Assembly (NCBI GenBank): GCA_964590345.1
Contig: CAZPVP010000002.1
Location: 9,945-73,944 of the forward strand
Length of the DNA stretch: 64,000 bases
Direction: 5' to 3'
From: an uncultured Gammaproteobacteria bacterium
Lineage (GTDB): Bacteria > Patescibacteriota > Patescibacteriia > CAIXNZ01
Of the stretch, positions 36,567 through 46,631 are shown piece after piece. Both the position numbers and the translations under genes were made by a program. The notes beneath the pieces were generated by a model. That model worked only from the letters and a program-made list of their open reading frames with translations, was not told the DNA's origin and did not search any database. Positions within the stretch are counted from its first letter, which is position 1, and each line of letters begins with the position of its first letter.

Positions 36567-38229
36567 ATTTATTCAGACTTTTTAATTGACCCTGCTCAAA
36601 AATTAAAATATTAACATTTTCCTCCCCTGCCGGAATAAAATTCCCCTGCTCATCTTTTAAAATCAAACGAATCGTATTTGAGGTATAAGTCGGATAATCA
36701 TAATTCCAGAGCTCAAAAATATAATCATCAGTTTCCCGGCGGTCAAAACCCGTCACCCCATTTTTCTTATCAAATGTTTCGGCAATATAACCGCCAGTTG
36801 GGTATGAACCCCAGTATAAAATTTTATCTTGATAATTATCACGATTTAAACGCAAATAAGCATTTAACAATACAGCATTCAGATTATAATCCGGATAATA
36901 TAAATTAATCGCTTGTTTAATGCCGTTTCTTAAAACTTGGGCGCCCTCTAAATTATCCGGCAAAGCCGCAAAATATAATTTTTCATCAGTTTTATTTAAA
37001 TCAACTATTTGCGAAAAATCATTTTTAATTATTTTTTCAGTTAAATCAGCGGCAATATTCCAATTATAGTTTTTATTAATTAAAAAGAAAGCAAAATAAA
37101 TTATTAAACCAGCAATAATTAAATTCCGCAAAAATTTATCTTTCTTAATCTGCCAAATCAGCAAGCTTAACAAAAGGCAAAAAGCAACAGAAGGCAAATA
37201 ATTATAACGCTCCCCTTCGTCAGTAAAATAATTAAAGCCCAAAAACAAGACAGGTAAAATTAAAATAATATAAGTATCAATTAAAAACGCGGCTTTAAAA
37301 AAATATTTACGGCAAGAATATAAAATCAAAATAACCAGTAAAATAATTAAAAGAACAAAAAACAATTTATTAGCCGCAAAATATTCAGTCAGATAAGCCC
37401 TTAGCCGGCCATAAAACAATAAGTCAGTTGTCAAAGCAGCCAGCATGGTGAAAATTTTAGAAAAATTCAATTCAAACTGTTGTCTGGCATAATAGCCAAA
37501 AGCCAAACCAATTGCCAAATAACGAATTAAAAAATACAAAATTAAAATCAGCCAATAGCCAAAGGGGTACAAAATTATATTCTGCCATTTAAACTTATTT
37601 TTACGCAGCGCTTCATAAAGCTCCCAAACGACAATCAAAATCGGCAAAGTAATAGCTATTTCCTTAGTCAAAAGAGCAATAATAAAACTTAAGACCGAAA
37701 TTAATAAAGCGGCAAAACTTTGTTTTTTGCGGAATATTAAATACAAATAAAAAGCCAGCAAATAAAAAAATGAAGCCACTGGATCAGCAATTGCCGCTAC
37801 CCAAACAACCGCTTCACTATGATTTGGCAATAAACTAAAAAAAACAGCAGCTAAAATGGCTATTTTATTTTTAGCTTTAAACTTTTCAAACAATAAAAGA
37901 GCTAATAAATAAACTAAAAAGCAAACGCCAATATGAAAAATCAGATTAACAATATGAAAGCCCAAATAATTTAAGCCAAAAATTTTATAATTCAAAAGAA
38001 AAATAACGGTTACTAACGGCCGGTAAGCGCCTCCCTCACCTTGAATGCCATAATAATTGCCAGTAAAATAATCGGTCAAGGAATGCTCGCTAAATTTAAC
38101 CAAATACAGCCAGTCAAAATCATCGGAAACAAAAAAGTCATTCAGATTTAATGAAAAAAAAGCCAAATTAATAATAATTAAGCACAATAGAACTAATAAA
38201 TGAAATTTATATTTTTTAAGCATGGTCAT
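36565..38229 (-). CDS. large polytopic membrane protein, putative GT-C fold glycosyltransferase (PMT/ArnT-like)
   Basis: 554 aa with about 11 N-terminal TM helices (SDDFDW loop motif, YRPL) followed by a soluble C-terminal domain. Confidence 0.4.
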   Translation of the reverse strand: MTMLKKYKFHLLVLLCLIIINLAFFSLNLNDFFVSDDFDWLYLVKFSEHSLTDYFTGNYYGIQGEGGAYRPLVTVIFLLNYKIFGLNYLGFHIVNLIFHIGVCFLVYLLALLLFEKFKAKNKIAILAAVFFSLLPNHSEAVVWVAAIADPVASFFYLLAFYLYLIFRKKQSFAALLISVLSFIIALLTKEIAITLPILIVVWELYEALRKNKFKWQNIILYPFGYWLILILYFLIRYLAIGLAFGYYARQQFELNFSKIFTMLAALTTDLLFYGRLRAYLTEYFAANKLFFVLLIILLVILILYSCRKYFFKAAFLIDTYIILILPVLFLGFNYFTDEGERYNYLPSVAFCLLLSLLIWQIKKDKFLRNLIIAGLIIYFAFFLINKNYNWNIAADLTEKIIKNDFSQIVDLNKTDEKLYFAALPDNLEGAQVLRNGIKQAINLYYPDYNLNAVLLNAYLRLNRDNYQDKILYWGSYPTGGYIAETFDKKNGVTGFDRRETDDYIFELWNYDYPTYTSNTIRLILKDEQGNFIPAGEENVNILIFEQGQLKSLNK

Positions 38230-38292
38230 TTTAAAATTATTTTATTATAAAAAATTTTAATTTACTTCGGCTATAATAGCCAAGACAACGCT

Positions 38293-39024
38293 TTATTTAT
38301 CAATAAGCCGCAACAATGGTTCCTCCCAGCCAAAACAAGTTCTTATGCCAGTTAGCTTTTTAAAAGCTTTAAGGCAGTTTTTATCCAGTTTGGCAAATTG
38401 CTCAAGGACATAAACAACATCTTCCATAAACCCGCCTACTGTGCCGTTGGAATCATCAACGCCGCCGGTGCAAAGTTTTTTATCTAATCGTAACAGCAAA
38501 TCAACCAATAACTTGGCGGTTTGTTGGCTGACCGGCAAATCTGAAACAATGGCTGATAAACGGTTGCAACCTTCTGAAAGCGAATTTTGGTAAGCGAACC
38601 AAATTCTGGAAGGACCGTTATACGGCTTTATAAATTTCATGGCAGACGTAATCGTTTCTTTAACTTTCTTCAATTCTTCCGCGCTTAATTCGCCCAAAAC
38701 TCTGCTGCATTTGGGGCTGTCAATTAATTCCTTATCTTCTTTTTTAAGAAGTTTGCCTCTTAAAATAGCGTAAATCGCCAAAGCTACCATGTGCTTGCAT
38801 AAAGTATCATTTTGGCCAAGATAGCAGTCGCAACTGCCTTTGTCATAATATTTATGCGAAACATATACATGGTAGGGCTGTCCGCCAAGCACAATAGCCG
38901 AGAAGCCAAAAGGATCTTCCTTAAATTGAGTCACTTTGCCTGCTTCATACAAACCAACGGCTCTTTCAAATGTGGGCCGGTCAGTGGCGAATTTTATTTT
39001 ATCCAAATCAAAAGCTGGTTTCAT
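38293..39024 (-). CDS. SWIM zinc-finger protein
   Basis: CDCYLGQNDTLCKHMVA matches the CxC...CxH SWIM motif. Higher GC than its surroundings. Confidence 0.5.
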   Translation of the reverse strand: MKPAFDLDKIKFATDRPTFERAVGLYEAGKVTQFKEDPFGFSAIVLGGQPYHVYVSHKYYDKGSCDCYLGQNDTLCKHMVALAIYAILRGKLLKKEDKELIDSPKCSRVLGELSAEELKKVKETITSAMKFIKPYNGPSRIWFAYQNSLSEGCNRLSAIVSDLPVSQQTAKLLVDLLLRLDKKLCTGGVDDSNGTVGGFMEDVVYVLEQFAKLDKNCLKAFKKLTGIRTCFGWEEPLLRLIDK

Positions 39025-39045
39025 TTATTTTAAAATTATTTAAAT

Positions 39046-40374
39046 TTATCTTTTCTCAATATCCTCTTCAACTTTTCTCTTTGCTTCTTCTAATAGTTCT
39101 TTGGCTTCCCAACGTAATTTAAATGATTCCCCTACCATTTTAGCGATTTTTTGTTGAGTTTTGAGAGGTAAAATTGGAATCAAAGTATTTTCAACCTGAT
39201 CCGGCCGCCAGTGATTAATAATTGACCCGCCTGCATCTCGATCAATTTGCATCTGGCAAATCAAAGAATTTAAAACCAAAGTTAAATATTGAGGATTTAA
39301 ATTTTTATCTTTAACCTTTAATCGCAAAATTCCGCCGGAAATAATGCCTTCCTTATCTTCATTCAAATAAATTGCAATGCCAGGTGTAGCATCTTTGCTT
39401 AATAAAATTTCGCCTTTTTGCGGCTGATATTTATCTTTTAATTCGCCGTATAATTTATCACTTAAAAATTGCTGATTATTATCATTAATACCAAATTTTG
39501 ACATATTGGAAACACGAATAAAAGGCTTGCCTTCTTCCTGATAAACATCGCTCCCGGACTCAATCCCTTTTAGAGATTCAACTAAATTACCCAACTTTTC
39601 TTTTTTAACTTTAATTTTACTTAAAATTTTCTCAAACTTAGGCTGGAAATATTCAGCATCAATCCGCCCTGCTTGTTGGCAGTCTTTTAAAGTAGTGGCA
39701 TAAGCCAAATCATCTTCAAGCTTTAAATCTTTAATACTCAATTCTTCAAGCAATAAAGCTTCGGCTTGAGAGTAAAAGAATTTGGATTTTGCTATTTTCT
39801 CAAAAACTTCTTTTACTATTTTTTTGATGTTTTGTTCATTTTTAACATAAAAAGGCAAATTCATTATATCTTCTTCCGTAACTGCCGGATACATACTAGC
39901 TGATGTCAATCTATCTAAAAGTGTTATTACATGATTTGTTTTTAAATAAGCAAATAAATACTCTGAAGAAACTTTTTGTGGCCATATATCACAAAATCCA
40001 CTTGAAGCGACAAATCCATCATCCTCTTTTTGTATTAAAGAAACAGCATTTCTATTAGGTCTAACAGTTGAAACTAACACATCGCCACTCTTAACAACTT
40101 TTTGCGCTCTATCTGGGGCGTCTTCTCCCATTATTTGTTTAGCATCAAAAGTCCCGTCATTTAAATTAATTTCAGAAATTTCAATATAATTAAAAATTTC
40201 TCCCTTTTTGGGTTTGAATCTTCTAGTAACATTTTTAGTATAATTATTTAATTTCTTGTCGGTTAATTTATTTAATTTTTTAATCAAATCTAAATACTCC
40301 GGCTGATAATATTCAGCATCTAGTCTTAAAGCACCTTCAAGATAATTTTTTTTAATTATTGAATAAGTTGACAT
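39046..40374 (-). CDS. hsdS: restriction-modification specificity (S) subunit (HsdS-like / Type IIB B-subunit-like)
   Basis: 442 aa with two target-recognition domains and conserved central and terminal repeats (LDAEYYQPEY... IDAEYFQPKF). Confidence 0.85.
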   Translation of the reverse strand: MSTYSIIKKNYLEGALRLDAEYYQPEYLDLIKKLNKLTDKKLNNYTKNVTRRFKPKKGEIFNYIEISEINLNDGTFDAKQIMGEDAPDRAQKVVKSGDVLVSTVRPNRNAVSLIQKEDDGFVASSGFCDIWPQKVSSEYLFAYLKTNHVITLLDRLTSASMYPAVTEEDIMNLPFYVKNEQNIKKIVKEVFEKIAKSKFFYSQAEALLLEELSIKDLKLEDDLAYATTLKDCQQAGRIDAEYFQPKFEKILSKIKVKKEKLGNLVESLKGIESGSDVYQEEGKPFIRVSNMSKFGINDNNQQFLSDKLYGELKDKYQPQKGEILLSKDATPGIAIYLNEDKEGIISGGILRLKVKDKNLNPQYLTLVLNSLICQMQIDRDAGGSIINHWRPDQVENTLIPILPLKTQQKIAKMVGESFKLRWEAKELLEEAKRKVEEDIEKR

Positions 40375-40463
40375 AATTTATTATTTAGTCCTCTTGTGGT
40401 GAGCTTGTCGAACCATCAAGTTGAGATTTTTTGATTATTGAGTAGGTCATTTATTTACTATAA

Positions 40464-40973
40464 TTATGGATATATTTTATAAATATTTTTATTATATACG
40501 AGATAAATTCCTAAAAATCCAGTTCCTTTAAAAAATTTTTTTCTTAAATCCTTTAAATCTTTTATTTCTTTACTAGATAATTTTCCAACTATCCACCAAC
40601 CATCTAAAAGTAAAATTAAGTCTCTTTTTAATTCAATTGAATATTTTTCTGATTTTTGTTTAATAGGTTCAATGATCCCTTTCTCAATCCGAGGATCTGG
40701 TTCTGTTCTATTATAAACCCTTAAAACTTCCCCTTTTGTTGCGAATTTTTCTCGCGCATCATAATCTGCAACGGTAATTTGCATCTTTAAAGTGTGTTCC
40801 GGATTAGATTTTTTATGAGCTAAAGCATCGATACCTTCATCTATTGATGGGTGATAAGGTTCACAGTAATCTTCGTTATGATTTTTATTAATATGTTCAA
40901 TAAAAATATTCGCAATTTTCAATTCATCATCTATATTTCCCAGTTGGGGTTTTTTGATTATTGAGTAGGTCAT
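40464..40973 (-). CDS. hypothetical protein whose first 8 codons duplicate the hsdS start region
   Basis: 169 aa. The sequence ATGACCTACTCAATAATCAAAAAA occurs again, with about 33 bp of upstream flank, at 40424-40450. Confidence 0.4.
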   Translation of the reverse strand: MTYSIIKKPQLGNIDDELKIANIFIEHINKNHNEDYCEPYHPSIDEGIDALAHKKSNPEHTLKMQITVADYDAREKFATKGEVLRVYNRTEPDPRIEKGIIEPIKQKSEKYSIELKRDLILLLDGWWIVGKLSSKEIKDLKDLRKKFFKGTGFLGIYLVYNKNIYKIYP

Positions 40974-41782
40974 AATTGTTTAGCATTATCTTTTGATTGA
41001 TCTTTTATCTTCGTTAATTTTTTATGTTGTTCCTGAAAATCATCACTTTCAATAATTTCTTGTAAAAGCGCTGTTGAATGAACTAAGGCTATCCCTGTAT
41101 TTTCTGTAAAAACTGATCTTATCTCACCAGTTTGTACACTAATTGCCTCATCTTTGTAAGGTACATATGCGCCTATAATTCCTGATAATTTTATTTCAAC
41201 TGGACCTCCTATTTGAACAGAATTATCTTTTATTTTAATTGGTGTTGGTAATAAAAAAACAGGACTTCCGCTATTGCCAGGAAAAGCGAACCCATCCATA
41301 AAAAATGTTTTATCATAATTAATTCTAGAAACTACTCCCTTTCGAATAATCGGATTAATAGCGGCATCTGTTTTTAATTCATTAATTCCTGGCTGATAAG
41401 ACAGGAAAAATAAATCGACTAATTCTTGAATATCAGAAATTTTTCTAATGAATAGATCATTGGGGATAAATTTAGATTTATCACTAGGAGCTAAAGGAAA
41501 TGGTAATAAGGCAATGTCCACTTTATTATCTCCATGTTTTTTCCATGACCATCCTTGCCTTAATATTTCAGTTATTGCTTTATAATTTATGCCAAAATTA
41601 TTAGAATTTAAAAAAATATACATTTTTTCATAATTTTTTTCTACTACATGTTTAGCTGTAGCTAAATAAAAGACATCGTCTACTTGTATTAAGAATCCAG
41701 TTCCAGAAAAAACAGGCTCACTATTATTCATGTATCCTAAAAAAATAGTACTTTCTTTAATTTGAGATATTAATTGTTTCAT
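40970..41782 (-). CDS. trypsin-like (S1/Trypsin_2) serine peptidase
   Basis: Catalytic-triad candidates: H in LATAKHVV, D in VDIALL, S in FPGNSGSPVF (GDSGGP-like). Confidence 0.65.
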   Translation of the reverse strand: MKQLISQIKESTIFLGYMNNSEPVFSGTGFLIQVDDVFYLATAKHVVEKNYEKMYIFLNSNNFGINYKAITEILRQGWSWKKHGDNKVDIALLPFPLAPSDKSKFIPNDLFIRKISDIQELVDLFFLSYQPGINELKTDAAINPIIRKGVVSRINYDKTFFMDGFAFPGNSGSPVFLLPTPIKIKDNSVQIGGPVEIKLSGIIGAYVPYKDEAISVQTGEIRSVFTENTGIALVHSTALLQEIIESDDFQEQHKKLTKIKDQSKDNAKQL

Positions 41783-41795
41783 AATATGTAATTTA

Positions 41796-42350
41796 TTAAT
41801 TAAACTTCTTTTTTAAGTCTAAAATTAAATTTTCACAAGCAAAATCTATCTGTCTAAATTCGGCAATATAGCCTTCTTTATAATTTTTAGAAGTACTAAT
41901 TTCATCAAGTAAAGTATCTAATCCTTTTAAATTATCATTTCCTTTTGATATTTCTTTACATTTCTCAATCGCCTTTTTAGTTAAAATTATAAAATTATCT
42001 TTATGATTATAATATTGAGATATATGCCCAATCCTATTATGTCGAATTAGTAAAAAATCTTTTGAATATTCATTTAATTTATCTATTTCTGTTTTTTTCA
42101 AACAATCAAATTCATATAAAGACCATGTTCCGTTCCTTGAATCAAAAAATGTAGATAAAATCAAACAAATAGTCCTGGTTAAGCTATCCAATACCATTTG
42201 AAAAAAATGATTATAATTATTATTGTTAATATTTACATTTACTGCAATTTTATCATAAATAACCAATATAGAATTTAATCTACTTAATTCTTTATATAAA
42301 TACCCCCAAATTTCATATTCAGTATTATTTATTTTCTTGCCTTTTAGCAT
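41796..42350 (-). CDS. hypothetical protein with RHNRIGH (Rx4-6H, HEPN-like) motif
   Basis: 184 aa. It contains a single Rx5H motif. This is a weak assignment. Confidence 0.3.
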   Translation of the reverse strand: MLKGKKINNTEYEIWGYLYKELSRLNSILVIYDKIAVNVNINNNNYNHFFQMVLDSLTRTICLILSTFFDSRNGTWSLYEFDCLKKTEIDKLNEYSKDFLLIRHNRIGHISQYYNHKDNFIILTKKAIEKCKEISKGNDNLKGLDTLLDEISTSKNYKEGYIAEFRQIDFACENLILDLKKKFN

Positions 42351-42479
42351 AGAATATGATTAATTTACTTAATTTTGATTATCCACAGATATATTGACAA
42401 AATTTGACAATATATGAAAAATTGGTATAATGACAATGTAGTGCAAGCTACCCTCATCTATAGGATAATAGATATGTGT

Positions 42480-43136
42480 TTATACCTCCGCCTTAACGGG
42501 CGGAGTGTTTTGATTCTCAAATTTTAAAAATTGCGCTAAAGTTTCAGCCGGAATAAACTTATCTGCAACTGTTTCAAGTTCAGTACTCATTCTATTTCGG
42601 GTACTAACCACTATTATTTTTTTCTTTTTAGTCTTTAAATATGCAAGTAGTCCCCCAAAATCACTATCTCCTGAAAACAGCATTACAGTATCATATTTAT
42701 GAATTTTAACTAGCATATCTTGAGTTATTTCTACATCAAAATTGCATTTAGGAAATTTGCCTAAAAATTTTCCATCTTCATCATAATGAGGCACCATTTT
42801 AATTTCCTTGGTCCTTTTGGTAAAACCTGCTTTTTCTGCTTTTTCAACTCTATAAAGAGATTTTCCATGTTTTACATTTAATTCGTGATCTTTGGATAAA
42901 TTAGGATATTTTGCATAATGGCCATAATAGAAAAATTTTTTTGAGGGTTTAACCCATTCGCACAAGTTAGCTAGCTTCTCAATATCTATTTCCCAACAAA
43001 GTTTGTATTTATTTTCCTCCGGCCAAAATTCTTTTGCCCAAGGCCTAACATTTCCAAAATCTACGAAAACATAAATATTTTCAAATTCACCGGGTTTGAA
43101 AAAATAATAATTGCATTTAAAATCGTTTATTTCCAT
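42480..43136 (-). CDS. NYN/LabA-like PIN-fold ribonuclease domain protein
   Basis: VFVDFGNV ... MLFSGDSDFGGLLAYLK ... KIIVVS pattern of the NYN domain. Confidence 0.65.
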   Translation of the reverse strand: MEINDFKCNYYFFKPGEFENIYVFVDFGNVRPWAKEFWPEENKYKLCWEIDIEKLANLCEWVKPSKKFFYYGHYAKYPNLSKDHELNVKHGKSLYRVEKAEKAGFTKRTKEIKMVPHYDEDGKFLGKFPKCNFDVEITQDMLVKIHKYDTVMLFSGDSDFGGLLAYLKTKKKKIIVVSTRNRMSTELETVADKFIPAETLAQFLKFENQNTPPVKAEV

Positions 43137-43240
43137 GCAAATAAAATTTGTGATTACTGATTAAATTTACTTAATTTTGCTTATCCACACTGGATATTGA
43201 CAAAACATGTGAATTTGCTATAATAATTACAGAATATTAG

Positions 43241-43282
43241 AAAAAGGCGTCGGCTCTATTGGCCGATGGCCTTTTTCATTTT
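43241..43282 (-). terminator. terminator hairpin at the 3' end of the DUF3800 gene
   Basis: On the minus strand, AAAAAGGCCATCGGC-loop-GCCGACGCCTTTTT followed by CTAATATTCT. Confidence 0.45.
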
Positions 43283-44029
43283 AGCTAAAAAACCATCCGT
43301 CTTATGATGGTGAATATTAAAAGCGAAATTTCTAAAATCCTTAGTTAAAATGTTTACTCCCAAATTTTCTTTGATTTTTTTGACAAATTCCTGCTTTACA
43401 GATGATGGAGCAGAAATTATGCCATCTTTCAATAGTAATTCGTAATTAATTGCACCAGTTATAAGATCGGTTAATTGCAATAAATCATTTGTTCGTGAAT
43501 CAAGACGACAAACACCGGCGATTGCCAAACGATCAAACTTCTTATTTAAATTATTTTTAATATTGACTTCAAATTTACTCCTTTTGGGTGTAATTAAATT
43601 ATCGGCTAAAACAATTAAAACTTCGTTTTTTCTTAAATTTCCTTCCAAAAGATGCTGGGCAACTCTTTCATAAGCTAAAAAAGGATCACTATGAAATTCA
43701 TTTCTGAAATATTTGCTCCTTTTATCTATTGAATATGAGGTATAAAAAATACTTCTGGTACTAAATAAAGCTTCCAGAGCCAACAAATAAACATTTAATT
43801 TAGCTTTATTTAAATTATTAAATTTTAATTCCCACCAAAAATGATTGCATTCTCTAATATAACGCATTTTTTGCTGTAAATAATAAGGCTGGGAACATTT
43901 AATCATGCCTACTGTGAAATATGGCTGGGTTTCAATAGATAATGCTCCTGATTCATCTAAAAAGCAAAATGGGGTCCAGATATTTTTATAATCTCCTAAT
44001 GTTAAATTGTGATTATCATTATTTTCCAT
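43256..44029 (-). CDS. DUF3800 family protein (intact copy)
   Basis: N-terminal FCFLDESG signature. 257 aa. Confidence 0.65.
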   Translation of the reverse strand: MENNDNHNLTLGDYKNIWTPFCFLDESGALSIETQPYFTVGMIKCSQPYYLQQKMRYIRECNHFWWELKFNNLNKAKLNVYLLALEALFSTRSIFYTSYSIDKRSKYFRNEFHSDPFLAYERVAQHLLEGNLRKNEVLIVLADNLITPKRSKFEVNIKNNLNKKFDRLAIAGVCRLDSRTNDLLQLTDLITGAINYELLLKDGIISAPSSVKQEFVKKIKENLGVNILTKDFRNFAFNIHHHKTDGFLAKMKKAIGQ

Positions 44030-44036
44030 ATTAAAA

Positions 44037-45980
44037 TTAAAGAAAATTTAAATTATCCTTTTTGGCAAATTTTAAAAACTCATCAGCGATTTCATCTAAA
44101 TCATGATCAATTATTTTTTTACCTTTTAAATTAACCATTTTATTGCCTTCTTCATCTTTTTTATAAACATACTCACCGGAATTATCCTTACCTGATTTTT
44201 GGGATGTTGCCATGAAAATATTATAATCTTTTTTCGGTTTTTCATTTTCTAACCATTTTTGCAAAAACAAAACAGAAGTCTTAGTACCTGTATGAGGTTT
44301 AAATGTATTAACCTGCAAGCCAACTACTGCTAATATTCTAGCTTTATCCATTAAAAATTCCCTGACTTGCTGCATATTAGTATTATTAAAAACGCCTTGC
44401 GGCAAAACAATGGCTAAACGGCCACCTGGTTTAATAATATTTAATGACCGTTCAATAAATAAAATATGGCGTTCCATTTTATTTTTTAATTTGCCTTTAT
44501 CATTTTTCGCCAATTCATATTTATTTAATAAAGATTTTTCAATTATCTCACCGGCAAAAGGCGGATTGGACAATAAAATATCAAAATTAAAATATTTAAA
44601 ATTATCTTCATTATCCTTGTCTTTGGTATAATCATTGAATTTATAAAGCCTTTGCTGTAATTCTGCCCTGGCTCTTAATTTTTCACTTTCATTACCCATC
44701 CATTCTTGGGGATTTAAAGAATTTAATTTAAAAATATGAGAGCGACCATCGCCAGCTATTAGCATTAAAGCACGGGAAATTTTGACTGATTTTTCATCAA
44801 AATCAATGCCATATAAATAACGCTGAGCATATTCTCTCATTAATTCCTTATCCATGCTTAAAAATTCTTTTTTAACATGATTCATCGTATGGATTAAAAA
44901 TCCACCAGATCCACAAGCCGGATCAATCACATATTCTGTGGTTTGCGGATTTAACATTTTAACTGCCATATCAATAACATGACGCGGTGTAAAATATTGT
45001 CCCTTTTTCCCCTTAGCAATATCCGGTAATAAATATTCAAAAGCAGAGTCAATTACATCAAGATTGGCATCAAGTAATTTTATTTTTTCAAATTCACCAA
45101 CACAAACCGACAAGTGTCCCGGATTTAAATCAATTTTTTCATATTCATTAAAAATACCAGGCCATTCTTTTTTCGCACCATCAAAAAGCTGGCTAATATG
45201 ATCATAAGTTAATTGTGGATCTTTATATTGCCTAAATAATAATTCTTTATCTTTACGCTTTTTGGCCTCTTTCTCATCATATAATTTAGCGTAAATTAAT
45301 TTAAAAATCTCATTAAAACTATCAGCACCTGATCCAGCTAAAACCAATTCTTCTAATACGCGAATAATACTAACTAAATCAAAGTCAACCTCTAAATCAC
45401 TAATCGTTAATTTTTCATCCAAAACATCTTCAATATCCTGGTCAACTCTGGGAATATCACGCAAAGTGCTCTCAAATTGATCCGGATATTTACGATATAA
45501 AATAACTTTCTCATCGCCATTAGACCAAACGCCGATTGGCGCACCTTTAGAATTAACATAAGTTTTTAATTGTTCTAAACCTTTTTTCTCATCTGGCTTT
45601 TTGAGTTCAAAAATAATTAGGGCTGTTTCTTTATCCTTATGGAAAACTATAATATCAGCCGCTTTGACATGCACTTCCCCGCCAAAATGAATATTTTGTT
45701 CAATACCGATCCGGTCTAAAGGATAACCATATATTTTGATCAATTTATAAATCCATAATTGCCGAATGATTTCTTCCGGCTTAGATATTTTTTTTTCTTC
45801 GTTCAAAATTAAAATATCCTGATTGCGCACAGGATCTTTAACATAATATTTGCCGTCTTTGGCAACGATATCTAAAACTTCAGCAATTTTTATTCCTTTA
45901 AATTCCTTAAGGCCATATTCCAATTCAGGATCTTTAAAAATTTTAGTAATTACTTGATGCGCTAATTCTTTTTTAAGCAT
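44037..45980 (-). CDS. fused PD-ExK nuclease (HsdR_N-like) plus N6-adenine DNA methyltransferase; BcgI-A-like Type IIB/IIG RM subunit
   Basis: N-terminal AADIIVF...IIFELKKPD (D-x-ExK). MTase motif I VIDPACGSGGFL and motif IV LLSNPPFAG. At 647 aa its size matches the BcgI A subunit. The cognate S subunit lies 3.7 kb downstream at 39046-40374. Confidence 0.75.
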   Translation of the reverse strand: MLKKELAHQVITKIFKDPELEYGLKEFKGIKIAEVLDIVAKDGKYYVKDPVRNQDILILNEEKKISKPEEIIRQLWIYKLIKIYGYPLDRIGIEQNIHFGGEVHVKAADIIVFHKDKETALIIFELKKPDEKKGLEQLKTYVNSKGAPIGVWSNGDEKVILYRKYPDQFESTLRDIPRVDQDIEDVLDEKLTISDLEVDFDLVSIIRVLEELVLAGSGADSFNEIFKLIYAKLYDEKEAKKRKDKELLFRQYKDPQLTYDHISQLFDGAKKEWPGIFNEYEKIDLNPGHLSVCVGEFEKIKLLDANLDVIDSAFEYLLPDIAKGKKGQYFTPRHVIDMAVKMLNPQTTEYVIDPACGSGGFLIHTMNHVKKEFLSMDKELMREYAQRYLYGIDFDEKSVKISRALMLIAGDGRSHIFKLNSLNPQEWMGNESEKLRARAELQQRLYKFNDYTKDKDNEDNFKYFNFDILLSNPPFAGEIIEKSLLNKYELAKNDKGKLKNKMERHILFIERSLNIIKPGGRLAIVLPQGVFNNTNMQQVREFLMDKARILAVVGLQVNTFKPHTGTKTSVLFLQKWLENEKPKKDYNIFMATSQKSGKDNSGEYVYKKDEEGNKMVNLKGKKIIDHDLDEIADEFLKFAKKDNLNFL

Positions 45981-45981
45981 A

Positions 45982-46599
45982 TTATCTTGATAAATTTTTA
46001 ATTATTTTTCCTTTAATGTAGGTTTCCTCGCAAACAGGGATGATATCATATTTCGGATTTTCTGGCTGAAAAAATGTTCTGTTGCCTTTAAATTTTAAAC
46101 GTTTAACAGTAAAACCAATATCCATGACGTGAGCAAAAACAATATCATTATCTTTAAATTCATTGCCTTTTTGAACAAGCAAAAGGTCTCCGTCATGAAT
46201 ACCAGCTCCGATCATTGAATCGCCAAAAGCTTTAATAATAGTCAATTTGTCTGAAAATTCATGAACTTCAGAAGACAATTCTATCCAATGATCTTTTTGC
46301 TCAAAAACTTCTACTAAAGCTCCGCAAGGGGCTTCTCCCTCCATTTTTATTACTGGTTTAACATTTAGTGCGTCAAATCCTTTTTTTAAAATTTGAATTG
46401 ACCTAGCCACACCTTCATTTCTTTTGATAAATTTGCCATTTTCTAAAATTTCTAATAAATCTAAAACTGCTTGATTAGATTTTACATCTAACTCTCTTTT
46501 CATATCTTCAAAAGAAGGTCCAAAACCTGAAGATTTCAGCCAATCATAAATAATCTGAAGCAATTGCTTTTGCCTTTTTGTTATTGCATGGGGTTTCAT
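45982..46599 (-). CDS. second LexA-like repressor (wHTH plus S24 peptidase)
   Basis: TKRQKQLLQIIYDW...GFGPSFEDM at the N-terminus and AFGDSMIGAGIHDGDLLLV in the C-terminal region. Its stop lies 1 bp before the ATG of the RM nuclease-MTase gene. Confidence 0.75.
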   Translation of the reverse strand: MKPHAITKRQKQLLQIIYDWLKSSGFGPSFEDMKRELDVKSNQAVLDLLEILENGKFIKRNEGVARSIQILKKGFDALNVKPVIKMEGEAPCGALVEVFEQKDHWIELSSEVHEFSDKLTIIKAFGDSMIGAGIHDGDLLLVQKGNEFKDNDIVFAHVMDIGFTVKRLKFKGNRTFFQPENPKYDIIPVCEETYIKGKIIKNLSR

Positions 46600-46613
46600 A
46601 TGTCTATATTTTA

Positions 46614-46631
46614 ACTGACTATTTAGTCAGT
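46614..46631. promoter_or_regulatory. palindromic operator candidate ACTGACTA-TT-TAGTCAGT in the 5' UTR of the LexA-like gene
   Basis: Perfect 8-bp arms, 15-32 nt upstream of the start codon. Adjacent to TGTGGATAA (minus-strand sense). Confidence 0.45.
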
